From Eutreptiella sp. 'Long Island Sound 2002' (Eukaryota; Protista; Euglenida): 64,000 nucleotides of DNA. The translations under genes were made by a program, and so were the position numbers. Positions 33,437 through 45,130 of the stretch are shown in pieces. Numbering within the stretch: the first letter of the stretch is position 1; each line of letters starts with the position of its first letter. The stretch is taken from the NCBI GenBank assembly GCA_964036045.1, contig OZ038379.1, positions 23,560,001 to 23,624,000 of the forward strand, read 5' to 3'. The notes beneath the pieces were generated by a model, which was not told the DNA's origin, did not search any database, and saw nothing but the letters and a program-made list of their open reading frames with translations.

Positions 33437-34869
33437 GGGGAAAATTGGCTTGCGCGGGGGGGGGGGGGGTCACGGGAGCCCCCCGAAGGAGGGGGGGGGG
33501 TCTAGCAATGGGGCTCCCGTGACAGAAACCATGGTAAAGTCCCAATTTTTTCCCCATTTTTGCCATTTTTTCACTGAATTCCGGAACTAACTCCCGCCGG
33601 TCCCTACGGGGTATAAAAGGGGCACGGGCAGGGCCTAGGGGGCAGATCCCTAGTGCGCTCAACCGTGATGTTAGGGTTTTGATGTTTCACAGGTGTGACA
33701 CCCTTGTGGCAGATCCGAAGGGGAGGGGGAAAAAGAAAAAACTGAGGACTGGGGGTGCCCAGGGCTCCTCCTCAGGAGTCGCAATGCCCGACCCCCTTAT
33801 AAAGTGGGCTAAGCGAATTACACACTCAGACCCCCCCCTATTCCCCTGGGGGCTAAAAAGGTTGACGCGACCTCTCCTTTCCTTACTCCCACCCACAAGG
33901 AAAGGGGGAAAAAAAAAGTATCTTTTTTCACGCACCAGATCTGGGTTTTCTGCATTTTACCAGTGAAGATGTCAAGCATCATACCCCTTCCATTCAAGTG
34001 TTTTCCTGTTCCTCGCAACGCTTATGAAGAGTTTTGGAACTCAGAACATGGACCTGTGTTTGAAATGTTTTCCACCACCCCTTTGAACGGGAGAAATCAG
34101 ATTGTTCAGGACAGGTGGAAACTCACTCAGAGAGTTGCCAAACATCTCGTTGATAACAGATATACTTCACCACAGCTTTTGGACAGTTTGAAAACAGAAG
34201 TTATGCATGCCCAAAAAAAAGCAGACTGTCCGCGTGCTATGAAGCAGTTGGTACCGGTAGATCACTTGTCGCGCGACTGCCCCCTTGTGAAAGCCAAGCG
34301 TGCACGTGTGCGATCCCTCCCAGCCCCCATGTGTGATGTGCATTGGAGTACGCAGTGTGACATTTTGCTGCAGCAAATTGTTGAAAAACAAGCAACCTTT
34401 TCTTCCGACGGTCCCGAGGAAACCCACAGCTTCGGAATTGGCTGATCCCAACTATGCTCCTTCATCACATCCTACCACTTCAGCCCCTTCCACATGCTCC
34501 GCGTCCAGCTCTGCATCTGAATCGGACTCCAACACTAGCTCTTGACTCAAGCAATGACACCTCAAGTTCTGATTCCGATTCCTCTGATGTGTCGTCTTTG
34601 ACTTCCGCCTCTCAGTCGTCTGTGGCAGCAGGAGGCCAAGGTGGGGCGCTACATCTCCTCAATTTTTTTTTGCTATGGGATGTAGCCGGAATTGACCGGA
34701 CATAAATACCACCACTGCTGCCCCCCCCCCTCCCCTCAATGGAAGTTCAACTTTATTTGCCACCATCTATGACCTTTTTGAAGGCCCCGTCACGGGAGCC
34801 AAGGAGGGGGGGGGGGTCCGGGAAAGGGGCTCCAACGACCCCCCCCCCCCGCGCAAGCCAATTTTCCCC
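33437..34869. mobile_element. ~1.4-kb TIR element carrying an orphan ORF
   Basis: GGGGAAAATTGGCTTGCGC(G)n at 33437 is inverted as (C)nGCGCAAGCCAATTTTCCCC ending at 34869. An internal GTCACGGGAGCC motif recurs near both ends. Confidence 0.65.
33963..34445 (+). CDS. Hypothetical 160-aa protein inside the TIR element
   Basis: Non-repetitive ORF with a partial zinc-knuckle-like HLSRDCP; TATAAAAG at ~33613 lies upstream. Confidence 0.35.
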   Translation: MKMSSIIPLPFKCFPVPRNAYEEFWNSEHGPVFEMFSTTPLNGRNQIVQDRWKLTQRVAKHLVDNRYTSPQLLDSLKTEVMHAQKKADCPRAMKQLVPVDHLSRDCPLVKAKRARVRSLPAPMCDVHWSTQCDILLQQIVEKQATFSSDGPEETHSFGIG

Positions 34870-37238
34870 CACCCCTGGTTGCTACCTGTGACTACGATGG
34901 GGTTGTGCCCTAGGTGTGGGGCGAACTGTTGTTGTACTCCCGTGCATGATGAGTTTTGTATTTGGATTCACATTCACACCTGTGTTCTGCTGTTGGCAGT
35001 AAAAGAGCGTGTGTGTATCCATACGACATGTGTCACCCTGTTTGCAACATCCTTGCACACACAGTGTCCACCATGATCCACACCTGCCAGGCTCATTCGT
35101 GACAGTGGGCACTTGTTGTGCTGGTCACTTTTGCTGCTAGCAGTAGTACTTTTCTTCTTGTTTCCTTCAGCATATGGGGTGCACTTATGAGTATTGCATC
35201 GATCTCACTATAGAGCAATCCTGCACACCTTTGGGAATGCATTGTACGTTTCTATCGGTTTTGGCTTTGATACATTCATTTTTTCAATCAAGTCAAAACC
35301 TCCATAGGTTTGTGTTGAACAGACTGTAGGTCACAGCTTTCTCTTGCGCAGGTTCTACTGCTGACGGGAAAAAAACATTGCAGTATGTTAACACAATAGT
35401 ATAAACCTTGTAGCAACCTCTCTATTCTTGAATGGTGGGCTTGAAAAGGCTGTGGCAGCCTACGCCACTGCATAACGTGTGCAGTAGCTACGAATTGCCC
35501 CCCCCCCCCCCCCCGCCCACGGCGTCCAAAGCCAAAGCACAGTCAGCAACCACCAGGTGTGGTACAGAACTGGTCTGCGCTGCAGTGCAGCAAGAAAAAC
35601 ACTGAACAATGTGGTTATGACACGGGGGCGTATGCGAGCCCAGTTTCCGTTGCCTCATGGCCCACGGCGTCCCCTGCATGGAGACATGCCTCGCATGCAT
35701 GAAGCTGTAAGTTACCCAATTCATACCGTACATACTCACTGGGCCTGAATGACCACACACAACAGAGGCCAGATGGCCTGAAGTCTGGTTTGGTGTCAGC
35801 AAAAAAAATAAACCTTGCAGCGTTGTTCTGTTTTTGGCGGGATACACGGTTTTTGCCCGCGAGTCTTCCACTGTTTCTGTATATGTCAACGTGCTGGGTT
35901 GTGTGCCTCTGCCTTGGAACAACGCCTCTTTAGCCTTCCATTTCATTCCACACTCCCGTCTTCCACCATCTACAGACGTGTTTTTCAGCCGGCAGTAAAA
36001 CGAGTACACGGGGGGGGGGGGCGGTTTTAGAAGGGATGCTATGAAGCATAAAATCCAATTTTGGGTCCGTACACATTCCTGAGATTTTGTTACAAAAAAG
36101 GGGGTGTTCGTGGGTGCCCCCAAACCACCCTTTAGTAAGTTACCTGAAAAAGGGTAATTTTGCACCCCCAAGAAAGATCTGCTAGTGGGAGGTCAGTGTG
36201 ATGAAATGTTCTGCCGAATTGTTGGGATGTGTTGGCCGAAAAGGGGAGGGGGGCGCCGAAATGAGTGGGGGGGGGGTTGTCCCTTGTAGGGTCAGGGCTC
36301 TCCAATGCCTCGCAATCTCCTGCATATCATTTCTTCATCATAAGTGGTGTGCAATATTTCTAAGATGCCGGCTGAGCACCACCACTGTGCACTGACGTCG
36401 GTACATCTGCGCTCGTGGACAGGGCTGCCCGGTCCCCGTTTTGTTTCGTGTATGTTGTGTGGGAGGGGCTGAACCACACAACCTTGTAAAACTGCTAAGG
36501 GCCATGCTTCGGCACTAGGTTGATACAACCATGGTTTTGGACCATGGGCATGCTTCCAAGTGTCTAGTGGAAAGGGGAATTCGGATTGGCAAGCCAAGGT
36601 GGATGGCCCAAGGTATGAAACCAGTACCACTTGTCTCAAGTGCGAAGTTAGTCACGTTTTGATAGGGCAAAGGTTCATCCTATGCTCTCAACATTCAGGG
36701 CCTCAACGTGCGCTGCGCACCGTGTGCAAAAAGTAGACTATTTTGCGCTAGTTGTCCCTGATTTTGTTGAAATGACTCAAGCATTGTTGTTGTTTGGCCA
36801 AAGGGGCCATGTGGGGTAGTGCATCGCGCATCATTGTAGCATCATTTACCCCCCTTTGCTTAGACATACCTTACAAAACCAGCACCTTCAGCTCAGCATA
36901 TGGTGATACGCTTTCAGGGGGCTGCCGCAGGAAATCATGCATCCCTCCTCATTTCTCAGCCCCACTTTCTCATTCTCCATGGATCTCAGTATTGAGGATA
37001 GGGTGTTCTACACCTGCTCCAGTGGCGTGCGAGTTCTTGCTATGTTAGTTGGGACTATAGGAGACCTTGGAATGCTCTACGTGCAACCTAAATTAATGTG
37101 CACATTGCTTGCCAGAGCATATTTGTGATATTGGTGTCCCTGAGTAGCCACTTATTTATTTCAATATGTCACATGGCTGTCTCATGTGGCAAGTGTGTAA
37201 TGTGTTATGACCACCGAGAATATCCATTTGGGACCCAG

Positions 37239-37658
37239 GGGCGTCCTTAAGGAACGAGATTTTTTTTTTTTTTTGCTAAGGACAGCCCTTAAGGACAGCC
37301 CCAAGGGACCACCAACCGCCAACCGCCAACTCCCATCAACTGCCAACCGCCACCAACCGCCAACCACCAACCGCCACCAACCGCCAGCCACCAACTGCCG
37401 CCAACCGCCAGCGGCGACCAACCGCCAACTGTCAACCACTGCCAACTGCCTCCAACCACCAACCGCCAGCCACCAACCGCCGCCAACCACCACCAACCGC
37501 CACCAACCGCCAGTTGCCAACTGCCAACCGCCAACTGCCGCCAACCGCCAACCGCCAACTGCCACAACCATGGTTGAGCACATGGAGTGCCCGCGGGCTC
37601 TTTTGAAATTACCTGGTTCTGGACGGGATTTTTTTTTTTTTGCGTTAAGGACAGCCCT
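37239..37658. repeat. Interspersed repeat with (CAACCGC)n core bounded by GAT(T)nGC..TAAGGACAGCCC direct repeats
   Basis: Heptamer satellite at ~37310-37560; terminal motif at ~37257-37289 and ~37626-37658. Confidence 0.8.
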
Positions 37659-38243
37659 GTTGGGACCACAATGCTGTTTTTGCCATGTGCACGTGTGCTT
37701 CCCCAGAGGTGGGTGGATTTCAGGGTGGTCAGGGAAAGTTGAACTACCATCTGGCGCTGTGTGCCTGCTGTGCAGAAATGCCCCCTCAGTATGACAGCAG
37801 GACCTTGCAGTTGCTGCAGTCCCAAGGAAGTGAAGTCCTCCTGGTAATATTTGTCCAATGCTGACAGGCCGACACTGATTCTCGCAATCCTCAACAACAA
37901 CCAAAATGCTGTCCAGGTAAAACCTAGCGTGAGTGATCATTAACAGGGAGCGCCTGACCAGCCGACCAACAGACAGGCCACCCATCCAGGGACGGACAGA
38001 TAGACAGACAGGGAGAGACCAACCCACCACCAGACAGACAGGCAGACGGGCAGACAGATAGGCAGGCAGACACAGACAGACAGATGCAATGTGGTCCGAG
38101 GGGTGCTCCATGCATGCTTTTATATGTCACCTCAGGGATACCCATCTGATTGGACTCAAGTATAATCAAGAGTCAGAGCTCCCCGCAGATGTGATAGCTC
38201 CCAGTGGATTCTCACAGTCTACACTGCCATAGCCTTTTGTAGC

Positions 38244-39083
38244 GTGTCCGTCATGGCAAGCAGATCTGCCGCTGCTCAAGCCCCAGATCCTGACGACCCG
38301 CTGTCGCAAGTTGCAGCTGCATTGAGCGCTGTCGCCGCCGCACAGTCTGCCCTGTTGGACGGAGAAAGGGTCCTACACACCGCCACATGCTGCACGGCCT
38401 TTGGACTTGGTGCTTTGGTTTTGCAGGTGCAGGATGTTGTGGCCAAGTCCAGGGAAACAAACGTTGTCGTTGGCGCTGCTCGGGGCCACGGCGCTGCAAG
38501 CGCATGGTTGTGGGAGCAACCCTCGCAAGTCTCCAGGGCAGAGCGAGGGGCGAGAGACCAGGACTGGATCAGAGATGAATGCTTTTGAAGCGATCGTTTT
38601 GCGTGTGTGGTGACGGATTTTGGACAAGAGAGACGTGCTTCCAACACCAATCTTTTAGAGTCTGTTCCTCTGTATCGCACATTGCTGCTTACCTCTGTGC
38701 TCAGCCGCTGTTGGGCTGGCAGTTACCAAGTGACTGCTGCCTCTGGAGAAGATGCAGTTCTCTCTTCTCACACTGCCCACTAACCTGCAGATGCTTGATG
38801 GTGTGTGGCAATGGGACCTCTGTCCAACACTCGGTACCTACAGTTCGCCCTGCCTGTTCCAAATCTGAAAGAGATCACGCTTGTTCAAATGGGCAGCAGC
38901 ATTACCAGCAGCATCTGCACACAACCATTCGGACACCCGCCCCGCCCCCACACGCGCTTGCAGGGCGCGGTAGGGCCACATGATCTGTGCATAGCACATG
39001 TCTTGTGTCGTGCAGAGAGAGCGAGGAAAGGCTCTCAGTGGGAGAGGCGAGATCCCATTGCTGCAGTCCAAACAGAGCCGTAG
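38244..39083 (+). pseudogene. Possible BTB/POZ-domain pseudogene
   Basis: After the stop at 38588 the frame continues SDRFACVVTDFGQERRASNTNLLESVPLYRTLL, resembling a BTB N-terminus (SD.....dg.ef.ah..vL...sp.f..ll). Several in-frame stops. Confidence 0.3.
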
Positions 39084-41188
39084 AGAGGTGATGTTTGATA
39101 ATGAATGCTATGTGGTTGTTTCATAATCATGGGCGTCACACACACGGGTGTGTGATGCACAGGGGAAACCAACAGCCTCTATCCCGCTTAAGGACTAGTG
39201 AACCAATCCGTAGTCAGATGCAGACTTTTGTGTCATTCTTACTGCAGGACAATACCACTCCATATTTATTAACACAGATTCAAAATGGCAGAATGACGCA
39301 AAGAACAATATAAACCTTGCAGTTTGGACCCTGCCAGTTGCTCTTGTGTTGCTTTGGAATGCTGCAGTGCTGTGCAACGGTGTTGGGGTGGCGCGCAGGG
39401 GGGTCTGGAGAAATTGTGAGTTGGCAAAATCCGGCACGTAACAACACATCCAATTCACTCATGTCCAATTTTGCAAATGTCCTTTGACGAAAAGGCGGCA
39501 GACTGAAAAATAATAGGCGTCCAGAGTATTGCGAGAAAGTCGCTCATGTGACGCCCAAACTCAAAGCCCCTGGCGGACATGATCTGCACAGGTTCAGTAG
39601 GTGCATATGGCGACCAGGCAGAGGGGATGGTGCTCGATTCATGATGCTGTCGTGTGAGCCATGTTCTGAGCCATCTGAGAGCTGACCAGTGGAACATACT
39701 GGTACTCCTCCTCCTATTTGTCTGTGCTTCCCAATGCCTTCATTGAGCCATGCTCCTGTGATGCATTGGTTCTCCTCCTCCCAGATGCTTTTGCCCCTTA
39801 GCCATTCATTAGCATCGTTGTCAATAGGAAGAACCCCCCTTGGTCCAACTGCACTCCCGCTCCTCCTTTTCTCCCTCCTGATCCAGGTCAGACATATTTT
39901 GGACACTTAGTTTTGACTTTGTTTGTTGCCACTGGAATTCTCTATGCTGCAGGCCACACCGCATGGGCAGAACCCCGCCAAAAGCCCGCTCTCTCTGACA
40001 AGCGTAGGAGCACGGAGGGGATGGGACTCGAAGGAGCCAGGATGCCAAGATGAAGTGGATAAAGTATTGCATCGCCGTTGCCCTTTGCAAAGTAAAGGTC
40101 AGCACCGGTGTTCCTGGGTTGTAGCCAACCCCTAGCCCCCAAACATGCTCAAGAACAGAGGAAGGGGGGGGGGGGGGCACTCCTCATTGGAAACGGCCTT
40201 TGCAGCGTTGGGCAGCAGCCACAAGAGAAACACAGCCACATAGATGAGCCGTGGTGTCCCATGATATGTCATCAATGTCAATCACACCCTGAAGAGCAAT
40301 CTATGATGAGCCTGAGGAAGACACTGATGCATCCGTAAGACACAGTTTGTTGTCTGGAATGATTTCCTCCTCAGCAGAGCTACTATCCTGATTAAATTGC
40401 TTTCTCTGAGCAAGTCCCTGATTCTTGTGAGAACATGAAATTGGTCCAGTTTCCTCAGTAGCCCTGGAATATCATACCAAGCAACTACAACCTACAGCAA
40501 CCACCCCACATGGCACATATGCACCCATGTTGCAAACCTGGACGAAGTGCAGGTGCTTGCCTGGTACGCAGGGCGGGTCCGTCCATTGCTGAGTGCCTGT
40601 TGGGGCCATACCGCCTCGTCATCCACCCAGTGATATGCGATGGCCTCACTGTGCCATGCACGGCCATTCACTTGCGAAGTTGCACGGACAATGGGTGCCT
40701 CAGCCTGGGGCTTCTTCAGCCCAGTCTGTACAATACGCGCTACCATGTTCCTGCCCCCCCACCCCCCCCACCCCACCTTCCTCTCCGAAACTCCAACTCT
40801 GCAACACTCCAATTCATATGATTTGGAGTGAAGCACATTTTGCTTTGTGTTCCACTGACTTCCAAACCAACGACTGGAATTGTCTGTCGGTGCAGACATT
40901 CAGTCTATCATACCGACCGTGATTGTGGCAAATTCGAACAACTGCCCACCGAACCCCCCCCCCCCTTTGCAATTACCAGCTTATCCAACCAACCCATTGC
41001 TAGACGCAGGCTTGTCCAAAGACCGACCGCTGGGCAAACGGCACTTGCTTTACTCCTTAATGGTGTCTCACAACGGGGGGGGGGTCGACCAGAGATCAGG
41101 TTGGAAAAAGCAACGTTCACGACCCCCGTATCTGAGCCCACCAGATATTTCTGATTGACGTCTGCAGAGATGTGACCTTACTGTCCAT

Positions 41189-44100
41189 ATGCCTGCGACC
41201 TCGACCGGGGCCCCGGTGCAGAGCGACACTGGTGCCGTGGCTCTGAGAGACTACCAGCGAGACATTGTGGCACGTTTGGTCCGCGAGGCCCCGCCCTTTG
41301 TGGTCCAAATGGCTTGTGGGGCGGGCAAGACGGAGGTGTTCCTGGCGTATATCCTCCGACGCATCCAGGCCGATCCCTCGCTCAAAGTTCTGGTGCTGGT
41401 GCCGAGCAAGGCGCTGTGCGAACAGACGTGTGCGCAGGCGCGGACCCGGCAGCCGGGCCTGCGCGTGGACTACGTGCATGGCGAGCACGCAGGCGACGCC
41501 CAGGCTCAGGTGGTGATCATGACGTACTGTGCCTCGTACCTCCCGGATGACCGGCGGCTGATCATCTACGACGAGGCTCATCACCTCTCGCCGAACAGCA
41601 AGACGAACAAAGAGTGGTGGCAAACGTATTGCAAGCCCAAGGAGACCGACAAGGTCTGCTTCACTGCGACACCCAACGCCTGCATGCAGCCCCCGGGGCA
41701 GAGGTGCGGCCGGATTCTGCAGTACGACACGCCGGAGGGCCTCTTGCTCCCGTTCACGATCGACCGGGGGATCGCCACCGTCGCAGGCACGGGCCACGTC
41801 CTGCAGGACTACAGAGTTGTGGTTGCGTCCTCCGGACATCTGACGTTTGGGGACTTCATCGGCCAGCAGGAGGTGGAGCTACTGCGCGTGTTTGTGCAGA
41901 GGGGGAAGAAGAGCATCATGGTCCGAACGTTCAAGTGTGAGTTGGCGGATGACATTGCAAAGCAACCGTTGATCCAGAAACTTTTCCAGGTGCAGCTGTT
42001 TGCAACACGTTGCACAATGCAGCGGGGGTTGGCTGCATAATGCTTTCGTGGGCCTTGACACAACCTACCCGTCTTTCTACATAGCACGTGTTTGCTTATT
42101 GTTGTGTGTTTAGCGTTGTGCCATGTTCTGCAGTGTGGGACGTCCTGGCAAGCCTCACACTGGAGGCAGTGAAGGAGGGCGCTATCGGAGTCTGCCCACC
42201 TTGTCAGGAAGGCGAAATGGCCAGGATAGGAAGGCTCTGAATGGGAGATGTAGGTGATTGTAGTTGGGTGTTCTTTGTTTTTGACGGTGATTTGAGGCTC
42301 CTTGTGCGGTGCAGGCCCTTTTGCACAGAGGGTTCTGGCATGTGCGCCAGGTCAGATGACCCCTGTAAAAAAATGTGGACTGCGTCTGTCTCACTTCACA
42401 CATACTGTCATGGAGGTCACTGTGGTCCATTGGGGTGCACTTGGCGCGGCGCTGTTGGGGCAACCGATGCAGGGCTCTGTGCTTTGTGTCTGTTGCATAT
42501 GATGCCCCTTTGTGTGTTGTTGCGGGGCGAAATAATGTGGCCCTTTCGCGGTCATTTACCTCAAGGAGTACGTGCAGCGCAAGTACCGCGCTGTTGGTGC
42601 TTAAGCGGATTTCGGGGGTGTGCTGGTGAGAATTGTATTCCATGTTGGATTGGGGTGGTATGCAGTTGCAGAGAGTGGATGACAGGATAGAGAATGTGCA
42701 TTGCATTCATTATTACATGCTGATTTTTGCAAGGTCCACCCCTTTGGTCAGCGAGTGTGCCTTTGTGTAAATCAAGTGAATAACGTGCAGTTCCCCTAAA
42801 TTGAAAAAAAAATTATCTAAAAAATAGCCCCCAACGCAAATCAAAGGAGAGATTCGCATTGGGAGTAGGTGCACACACTAAGCAGTCTGTGGTGGAGCAA
42901 TGGTAGCTGGCACTGTGAGGCCATATAACGCTCGTAGGATTTTGTGTAACATTTGAATGCATTGTTTCCCTACTCACTGGTCAATGATGAAGAATCGTTC
43001 CTCCATTGCATCTTGCCAAGGGATTAGCAGCCCTCCTCCAAACCACAGTGGAAGTAGAAGGATGAGATTCCCTGCCATGCTTTGCACATTGATCTGGGGC
43101 TGGATAGTCTCTTCTTTGTACAGAGCGGTGGTGTCTACAGATCAACACGCAAACCCCATCTGCTACTTTTTGTCTGCGAAAAGTACTCAAAATGGATACA
43201 CAATGCTGATTCAGTTGCTGTTGTAGGTTTTTGTGCCTTTCAGTAAATGATGTGCAGTCGTGGGGGGGATTGATATCGTCCGCTTGTTCTCCCACGCATT
43301 TTCCTGCCATGCCTTCAAGGGTCTGCAATGATAAAGGATAAATGACGAGCGGTAGTGCGTCCTCGCAAAGGTCTATTTTGCGCAGCAATCCGCTTCTGTT
43401 TTCAGGGTCGGATATGGGTAGTGCATCACCGGAAAACAGACAATCCCGCTGCATTGGCGGCATTCAGTGCTGCCGAGTGTCCGAAACTTCTGGCAGTTGT
43501 GCACATGGGGACCGAGGGGATTGACGTGCCGTGCCTGGACACTGTCATCAACTTCAACAACTCCCTTTGCTCTGATGAGGCCCTCCCTGCGCAGTTGCTG
43601 GGACGCATGCTGTGGGGTGCCTCCCAAAGAGGGGACTTCGTACTGCTGTCCAGCACGTCATCTAAAAGCGATATGTACCATGTGAATGGGGCCATAACAA
43701 ATCTGAAGCAGTACGACCGGCGGCTGCAGGGCAAGGGATATGCGGGGGCGGTGTTGCCTTACGACTTTTTTGATACCCTCGGGCTGAATGGAACGATTGG
43801 CCCTCGTGATTTGGAAGTGATCAAGGGCCAACTATGGGCGATGGTTGACCAGGAGCGTCCACCGCAACCAGAAACAGTGTCAGCACCAGCACCCGCACCA
43901 CCGGTTGTACCCCAAGGCGGCAGTAGCAATAACAGTAGCACTCCTTGTGATGATATCGGTGGTGGTGCCAATGGTGCCTTTCCTAGCAGCAGCGTAGTGC
44001 AGCCCAAGCCCGAAGTTGCTGACTCCCCCAATCGTCCCGCACCACCTGATAGCATGGTTGTGTGCATTGATGTGGAAGCAGATGAGGATGGCGTGGATCA

Positions 44101-44614
44101 AGACTGCCCGCCATCAGCGGCTCCACCAGCAGGACGAGTATCACCATCATCACCACCAGCAGAAGCAGAAGCAGAAGCGCCAGGATGCACCCCCACTGCC
44201 ACCAGCACCTCGAGCAGATCTCCACCACAAGTACAACTACCATCACCAGCACCACTAACAGCACCAGCGCCATCAAGAACACAAGAATCTGCATCAGCAC
44301 AGGAACCATTGCCACCACCAACACCAGAACCACCAAAATCAATATCCCAATCAGAGCCAGTGTTGGCAGGCAGCCGCAGTTTGAGCACCAGTTGTCGTGG
44401 CGCTGGTGGTTGTGCTGGCTGCAGAACGGGTAGTACTGCCTGCATTTGTGCGTATGGGTTTATTGACTTGGGACCAGATGGCTCCCAGAAGCGCGGGCCA
44501 GCAGACGATGCCTCCGAGAGTTCCTCGAAGAGGCACTGCCCGGCACCAACGAATGTCGGTCCCAGGAAGACAGTGAGTGGTGTGGGGTCACAGGGGGACG
44601 TGGCAGGTACGTGA
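41189..44614 (+). CDS. Superfamily 2 helicase, ResIII/UvsW-like, spliced (exons 41189-41989 and 43406-~44614), Pro-rich tail
   Basis: LRDYQ (Q motif), MACGAGKT (I), VLVPSKALCEQ (Ia), IIYDEAHH (II), FTATP (III), EGIDVPCLD (V) and AQLLGR (VI). A phase-0 intron CAG|GTGCAG (41990) to TTTTCAG|GGT (43405) joins the halves in frame. Additional exons cannot be excluded. Confidence 0.8.
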
Positions 44615-44849
44615 GTTATGAGGCCAAAGACAGAAGGCGCGGAGCACCGACTTTGATGGGCCTTTTGGGGCGGCCTGAGGGGGTCAGGGTAGGCAGAATG
44701 GAGCTGTAGTACCCCGATGCCTGGATGCCCACCACCCTCCATGCCAAGGCCGGATGTGGATTGCGACTGCATGACGGTCAAGTGCCTTCCAGCAAATCAA
44801 TCAATCAGTGGCGGGTGGCTCTGTTAAGTGGTATTCAGCTGCTGGAGGC

Positions 44850-45130
44850 TGTACGGTCTCTTCATACGGTCACTGCATACGATCACTCTATATCATCACT
44901 CTATGCGGTCATTATATTCGGTCACGCCATTAGACTACGGTCACCGTATACTGTATACTATCACTTTATACGGTCGTTATGTTCGGTCACGCCATTAGAC
45001 TACGGTCACTCCATACGGTCACTCTATACGGGCACTCTAAACGGTCACTGGATTCGCTCACATTCCTGTACAGTCACTCTTTTCGGTCACTCTATACGGT
45101 CACTCAATACGGTCACTATATTCGGCTCTG
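44850..45130. repeat. ~13-bp minisatellite (ATACGGTCACTCT consensus)
   Basis: About 20 degenerate units visible. Confidence 0.85.

Noticed and set aside
35200-35290. VSKPKPIETYNAF resembling the piggyBac KP..YN motif
   Set aside because: The expected MGGVD does not follow; an isolated short match.
37182-38111. Long ORFs (309, 195, 203 aa) and similar ones at 29135-29571
   Set aside because: They are translations of stop-free satellites (CAACCGC and the 21-mer), not genes.
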